A stretch of 64,000 nt of DNA from Eukaryota sp. TZLM1-RC (taxonomy: Eukaryota > Protista > Metamonada: BaSk clade), in the NCBI GenBank assembly GCA_040285825.1, contig JAUPSS010000003.1, positions 620,001 through 684,000 of the forward strand. The letters run 5' to 3'. The notes beneath the pieces were generated by a model. It was given only the letters and a program-made list of their open reading frames with translations. It ran no database searches and was not told where the DNA came from. The position numbers were made by a program, and so were the translations under genes. Of the stretch, positions 57,953-64,000 are shown piece by piece (the stretch's first letter is position 1; each line of letters opens with the position of its first letter).

Positions 57953-59191
57953 TCATCTCCTCAACAGAGCGTCTGGGCAAATGTATATTGCGGGCCACAA
58001 TTCCGCTATCTTCTTAATTTGAATATTTTTTGCAGCGGAAATATCTCTGTCATATACTATTTGACACTCAGTACAAATACGCATCTGCCATGAGATTGCT
58101 TGAATATTTTCTGCCATGCAACAACTTGACATTTAGCCTGTATTAAATTCACTGGTTGACAAGTGCTTCACGTCCTTTTGATAACACAACCATTTTCTGA
58201 AAGCCCTTGCTGATCCATATCGATTGACTTTTCGGCAATGAGAAGGGAAATTAGCAGAACCCACAGCAAGATACAGTTTTTCAGGATGTCCAGCCAGCCT
58301 TTGAAATTTGTTGAGACTCTCTCTGAACCGTCTCTCTTTTCGTCTGCGGTTATCAAATTTAACTATTTTCCATTTCTGGCGATTACTTTCCAAATACACT
58401 TTCCTCCTGACCAAATTCCAATGGTTCAAATATTGGTTGAAATTTTGAACGGAATATTGGTTGGGAGAGTGTTTACTGGGTGAAGGTTTTGTCATGTATC
58501 TTCTGCCAGTTAGACAAGGGATAACTCCACATTGATTATCATTTAAGAAGTAACCACATAATCTTGATTGGCCCAGATCAACACCAATAAGGGGCTTTTC
58601 AGGTAAAATTTCGACTGGTTGTCTACGTCTTCGACGGGGCATTTTTTTAGTGCCCTTCAACTGTGTTTCTCTGGTTTTGTTGGCATTAGGGTCACTTTTC
58701 ATTTCATTTTTTGATCTTCTTTTCTTTTTCGGTGGTTCATCCAGCTCATCTGTGTTTTCTGAGTCATTATTTTTACCTTCAAAGGTCAAAAGCAGTTCAT
58801 TACCATTAGTTTTCAATAAATTTTTGTTAAATCTATTTTTCAAACTTTTTCTGTTGATTTTGAATTTTTGGTAAGGACATTGTTTGAATATTCGTTTCAG
58901 ACAGGTATTTTTGATAAACTTTGTTTTGGAAGATGATCCTTCAATAATTCGAAATTTTTTCACAGAGTGGAAAATTTGTGAAGGTACCTCAATAAATTTA
59001 GAACCTTTGTGAGAGGCTAAAGGTATTATTCTAAATTTCTTCCAGCAATGCATATGAGACAAGAAAGTGAGTAAGTATTGTGAAATTTTAAGATTAAAGA
59101 GAAGAAGCTCACCAATTTTCTTTGATGAAAAGGTGATTTTATCATATGAGGACAGAAGGGAAGCAGAAGTAGAGGTTTTCACTATTCCCAC
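57953..59191 (-). mobile_element. Fanzor nuclease gene, family E, 5'-truncated with a single premature TAA at 58133-58135
   Basis: FRIIPL, KTNG, LIGVDLG (RuvC-I D), LAVGSA and STSEFNTG (RuvC-II E), then in the same frame *MSSCC...RICTEC...YDRDISAAKNI (Zn finger, RuvC-III D); stop at 57953. Confidence 0.88.
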
Positions 59192-59273
59192 ACTTTCCCC
59201 TCACTTCATAAACTAGGTTCATAAACTAGGTATCCTTTGTAAAAGTTTCTGGAATTTCAACTCTATGTAACTC

Positions 59274-59693
59274 ATGAAAGACGCTCTCAGCATCATCAAC
59301 AGATTAGTCCACGATACTTCTTTGTCTAAAGAACGTTTCTTTGTTGGTTTTGAGGATAGATTTGGCGGTGTATTCTTCCTCCCTCTTCACGATTTTCTTG
59401 CCTTATCTGTACCATCTCACAGAATTCGCTACATATCTAAAGGAAACTCAATTCTCTGGTCTCGCACAAAACGAATCAACCTTATTGGCTCTGTTGCACC
59501 TTCTGTTTCTTTATTCTCATCTCCAACACCTGGTGTTCTCTCCCGATATCTTCCTCCTCATGCTACTGGCAGAAAGAATTTCCAGTTACCCTTCTTCTCT
59601 AACATTGTTTCTTGTAGTGTAGGTGTTCATCATACATTGGCACTCACTGCTTGTGGTAATTGCTATGGATTTGGTGACAAAGGTAATAATAAT
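59274..59693 (+). pseudogene. Interrupted gene: MJ1316 (DUF504/LENG9-type RNA end-recognition) domain plus RCC1 repeat
   Basis: IINRLVHD...VGFEDRFGG...VPSHRIRYI...LWSR, then SVGVHHTLALTACGNCYGFG; cut by a MULE insertion at 59694. Confidence 0.7.
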
Positions 59694-60820
59694 GAGAATG
59701 TCTAAATTCACAACTTATTACTAGGATTGTCCAGGTTCAGTTCAGTTCAGGTTCAGGTTCCGAACTAGTTTGAACTGGTTCTGAACCAGTTCACCCAATG
59801 TCTCATATTGTTTTTCTACTACTGTTTATAACTTGTATTCAGTTATTGCAATGACATAAAATAAATGAATACAACCAGTAATGAATAAATATATGCTTTA
59901 TTTTTGTTTAATTTTTGTTTAATTTGGTTTTTCAAACTGTCAAATCAAAATTTATATTTTCCATTTCGTTCATTTCTATGGAAGAAGATACAATATCTTC
60001 TCCTTTCACTTCACCCAACAGGTCGTGGGTTCTGAAATATATGACCCGTCTCCCAAATGGTCTTGTCCGTTGTGACGTTACTACCTGTGAATGAAATGCC
60101 AACCCCTATGGTAAGAACACCGGAAATGGAACCTTAATGCGTCTTCTCCGTAGAAATCATAACTCTGTTTGTATTGTTTTCAAAATAAAAATTTTTTTTA
60201 AAAAAAAGACTATTCTTTTATTATACCGGTTCGGAACTGGTTCAGTTCGGTTCAGGTTCCAAATTTTTTTTTGAACTGAACTGAACTTGGACAGCCCTAC
60301 TTATTACACAACTTCACTTTTTACACAATACTCAAAAACGACAATTTTTGTAACAACAATGAGCAACCTTGAGACTGTAACAACTAAACCCCCTCTTCAT
60401 TCTTTTCCTTCTAAACAAGATCTTGTCCAAACTCTCAAGCTTTGGGCTTTCCAACACGGCTTTGTTCTCTCTACGTCATCTTCTAGTTCTGATTCTTTTG
60501 TCTACGTTATTGGTGATCGAGGTTACCAAAACAGCCGAAATGCTGATGGTGTCCGTTTATCTAAAAAAACTGGTTGTGTTTTCCAGAATTATTACCGACA
60601 ATAAAATGGAGTTTGTTCCAACGTTGAAGTAGAGGGTATTCACTCCTCTCACGGTTTCATAGACAATCTTGCTGGCCGTTACGGCCACTTAGGTCAAACG
60701 GAAGCTTAGTGTTTGTGGAACAGAAGGTATAAGAAAAATTGTCGCACGACAAAATTATGTCGTATTATGAGGTTGTGTAAAACGTGAAGTTGTGTAATAA
60801 ATTGTGAATTAGACATTCTC
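59694..60820 (+). mobile_element. Non-autonomous MULE-like DNA transposon
   Basis: TIRs GAGAATGTCTAA(A)TTCACAA, 8-bp TSD ATAATAAT (59686-59693 / 60821-60828) and a FAR1-like DBD FPSKQDL...WAFQHGF...SKKTGCVF. Confidence 0.85.
59722..60299 (+). mobile_element. hAT-family deletion derivative nested in the MULE left TIR
   Basis: TIRs TAGG(A/G)(T/C)TGTCCA(G/A)GTTCAGTTCAG, 8-bp TSD CTTATTAC (59714-59721 / 60300-60307), subterminal GTTCA repeats and a BED finger remnant from 59978 (SWVLKYM...CDVTTC...GTLMRLLRRNH). Confidence 0.88.
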
Positions 60821-60836
60821 ATAATAATTTGAAATT

Positions 60837-61719
60837 TTCAACTGTGGCTTTCGTTTTGTACACTTAATTATAAAATCCTCTTTCACCAACACTATTCTTT
60901 TCACCAACATTTGCACGAACACTATAATAAAAGATGAATCGATAATATTTTATTTTGGAACTATTAGTTATGTGGTGAGTATTAGCACTTTTAGTTACAA
61001 TTTAAATCAACTATAATACTACAGTCACTAATATTATATTATATTATATTATATTATATTATATTATATTATATTATATTATATTATATTATATTATATT
61101 ATATTATATTATATTATATTATATTATATTATATTATATTATATTATATTATATTATATTATATTATATTATATTATATTATATTATATTATATTATATT
61201 ATATTATTCACTAGTATTTACACAAATGATTATGAACCACGCAAATTCAAAACAGTTTGCAAAATGGTATTGACCTTGGTCCTCGATATATTGTAAGTAC
61301 TGGAAGGTTCGTGAAGATGATGGCTTCTAGGATTTTTCCTTAACCCAAAGGAGATTTCTGGGTGCAGTCCATTGTTTTGAGAAATACAGATTTAACCATA
61401 CCTGTGAAATACAACACCAAAATGAGAATACATAATACAAAAATACAGATACAAAATACACTCTCTATTTGACGAATTTTTTCTATTATCTTAAGAAAAT
61501 CAACGTTAGTTACACTAAACGCTGCTGCGTAAGTAAACTACTGTTGAATATAGTGATATGGAATTATTTTGTTGTTTTTTTATTAGGACTTGTTGAGTGT
61601 ACGTTACGTTACTATCTTAAACACTACTTTTTGATTTAATTATCTTCATCTACATCATTGTTATTGTATTCAGAGTGTGTTGTATTTGTTCTTACTCTTC
61701 TGCGTATTTTCCACTGATG
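60837..61719 (-). repeat. Second copy of the microsatellite-containing repeat; possibly part of the gypsy 3' LTR
   Basis: Reverse complement of 41861-42939; (ATATT)n at 61031-61207. Confidence 0.85.
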
Positions 61720-61847
61720 CTCTATCCATATGATAACAAGAATAAGGAATAATTTATTAGAATTTCACCGGCCCTTATAAAGGCCATCACTAGTGAACTA
61801 TGTTATATAAATATAAATGTACTAGACTAATTGTCCACAGTACAACA

Positions 61848-64000
61848 CTACCTTTTCCCTCTCTTAGATCTCGAACGAGAGCTACGAGTACTGACTGCAG
61901 GGGAATTAGTCTTAGATTTGGAATTAGAAGATACCTTCCGTTTCCTGGTAGTGTGAGGACTAATAGAGCGCAAATATGTTTGATATGCCTCAGTGCTTTT
62001 GACGTCAGCAACTGGGACAGACGAAGTCTCGCCGCCATACCAAACTGCGGTACAATAAGGAACTTTATTATTGTTCGAATCTACGTAATCAAAGTGATCT
62101 ATAATTTTAACGATTACAGATTCTTCCATATCGCCAGCAGCAATATTCTTATGCCAATCAAGATCTTCTTTAGGGAAGTCTGAAAGGTATAGTTTACAAT
62201 GATTTATACTTGCCGTAGACATCGAACCAGTGACAAGATTCTTGAGTAATAAACTTTTATTGGATTTAACGTCTTCAACGAGAAAAGGGCCAGCGAAGCA
62301 ACCATGGAGTTTACCATTAGTCTTTAATCGCAAAACTAAGTCACCTTTATTAAAAGGGTTCCTATGTTTGTTAACTTCAGGCAGTTGTTGAGCTTGCCTG
62401 AGCTCTGCCTCTTCTCTCTTCTTTGAAATCCTTTCAAGTTTTGCTTCAAGATCTTTAACAAAGGGAATATTAACATTAGCTGATTTTATTAATTCAAACA
62501 TATTACTAGGATCAGCTCTAGGGCTGTGGTCGCTACCAAACATTAAATTGTAGGGCGAATGATCAGTAACTCTACTAATAGTTGAATTGATTTGAAGTTG
62601 TACAATTGGGATATATTCACTCCAATTGCTATAATCGCCAGAGTCCACCAAAATCTTTCTTAGACTTTGTAAGATGTCTCTGTGTCGTCTTTCTACTAAA
62701 CCATTGCTTTGTGAAAAGCTAGTTAGTGAACGACTTACTTCAATGTTTAATAAATCGCATAACCCTTTGAATATGGCATTTGCAAATTCAATACCATTGT
62801 CACTATGAATCAACAGTGGGATACCAAAAATTGATACTACACTCCATAGGAGGTGATTGGTTGCCTCCACTGCATTCAATTCCTTTACAGGGCAAATGAT
62901 CGTATACCTAGTGAACGAATCTACGAAAACTATTAAATATTTGAATCCATTATCATCTTGTTGTAATGGTCCAATAGTATCTGCGTTTAATCGTGCAAAG
63001 GTCGATCAGCCCAAAGAGAGCCAGATGATTCAATGACATTTTTAGGCACGTGTGCCGTCTTTTGACATGCTGGGCATCTCTTAATATGATTAATCATGTC
63101 TTTGCGCATGTCGGGCCAAAAGTAATCACTATTGAGTAATTTCTTTACGCTAGTCGTCACACTAGGATGGCCAACATTTGCATGTCCATGAATGATAGTT
63201 AAAGTCTGCTTCTTTAAACTATCTGGGATAACAATCTTCCCACGATTGTTGGTATACAATTGAATATCTGAATTATAATTGTAATCTTTATAATAATCAG
63301 GATTTGAATCAACATCTATAAGTTGTTCTTGCCTAATCTTTGAGATCCAAGTGTCAAATAAATCAAATTTAGTATCCTCAACTGCTTCTTTCAGTGCAGA
63401 TAAGCTATTGATCGTGGGTAGCTCAATTGTGGACGGTTGAGTAATATCATCCCTTAACAAATTAACTCTAGTTAATAAATTTAAATAGGGTAATTGTTCT
63501 TCAACTCTGTGAGATGCCAAGTTTCTCACTTGTTGGACTCGAGGGGTTTTGGGTTTGGTATCAACCAATCTAGACAACATGTCTGCCCAATAATTCTCCT
63601 CGCCTGCCGTGTGGACTACATCAAAATTGAATTCTGACAATATTGGTAGCCACCTCTTCACAATTCTGTTCTTTTCAGGAGCTGATATAAGGTATGCTAA
63701 ATTTCTATGATCAGTGAAAATAGTTAATTTCCTCGAAATTAAATAATTTTCTAAACTACTGTCAGTGAGAATTAGTAAAATTGCATACAACTCTTTCTGA
63801 AGTACAGACCAATTCTTTTGTGAAGTTGATAATAATCTGCTAAAGAAGGCAATAGGTACAACCTTTCTCTTAATTAGCGGTGTCGTAGGATCTTTAGGTG
63901 GGTTAGCTTCTTGCCATATTACTCCACCTACAGCCACATCAGACGCATCAGCACTTATTAAAAATATGCTTGTCTTCTGAGGGCAATTCAAGAGGGATAT
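61848..64000 (-). mobile_element. Ty3/gypsy LTR retrotransposon pol (RNase H, integrase, chromodomain-like tail), frameshift near 62990
   Basis: DASD...ELYAI...TDH...ADMLSR RNase H; H-H-CPAC; D..SDNG..ERRH; GPF motif; polypurine tract AAGAGAGGGAAAAGG followed by TAG and a TGTTG LTR start at 61847. Confidence 0.93.

Noticed and set aside
58133-58135. TAA/TAG reassigned to Gln, which would make several Fanzor stops sense codons
   Set aside because: Conserved genes end at TAA/TAG at the expected positions (RPL32, NAXE, SEC24) and long ORFs have no internal TAA/TAG, so the stops are decay mutations.
1-64000. tRNA or rRNA genes
   Set aside because: None recognised by eye; tRNAscan-SE/Infernal would be needed to exclude them.

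Overview
AT-rich, gene-dense, almost intron-less eukaryotic (protist) DNA read with the standard genetic code. The style (compact genes, a 31-nt intron, RING-kinase and TmcB/C-type genes) suggests a metamonad-like anaerobe, but that is an impression, not something the sequence establishes. About 17 host genes are recognisable: NAD(P)HX epimerase, a DMT/TPT-like transporter, a TmcB/C-like protein, a RING-pseudokinase, a Cdc25/ACR2 rhodanese, a GCKR/MurQ-like protein, mucolipin, a RasGEF-like protein, RPL32, SEC24, PLK4, a B-box membrane protein, an exosome RNase PH subunit, PSTK and others. The spacers are packed with decayed mobile elements: CRE-like RT/REL retroposons, Ty3/gypsy, MULE, hAT and at least six Fanzor (eukaryotic TnpB) remnants from several families. 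Main finds: (1) a Fanzor gene (57953-59191, minus; 5'-truncated, one internal stop) followed by a ~250-nt multi-hairpin omegaRNA candidate, with a second, orphan copy at 45939-46198; (2) a repeated module made of a 2A/StopGo motif plus a family-B polymerase 3'-5' exonuclease domain, which in one copy runs directly into a Fanzor; (3) a conserved 34-nt leader at fixed spacing immediately before the ATG of three unrelated genes, with a shorter variant before a fourth; (4) five of the six Fanzor remnants lie co-oriented directly upstream of host start codons. All protein assignments come from motif recognition by eye; no database search was run.
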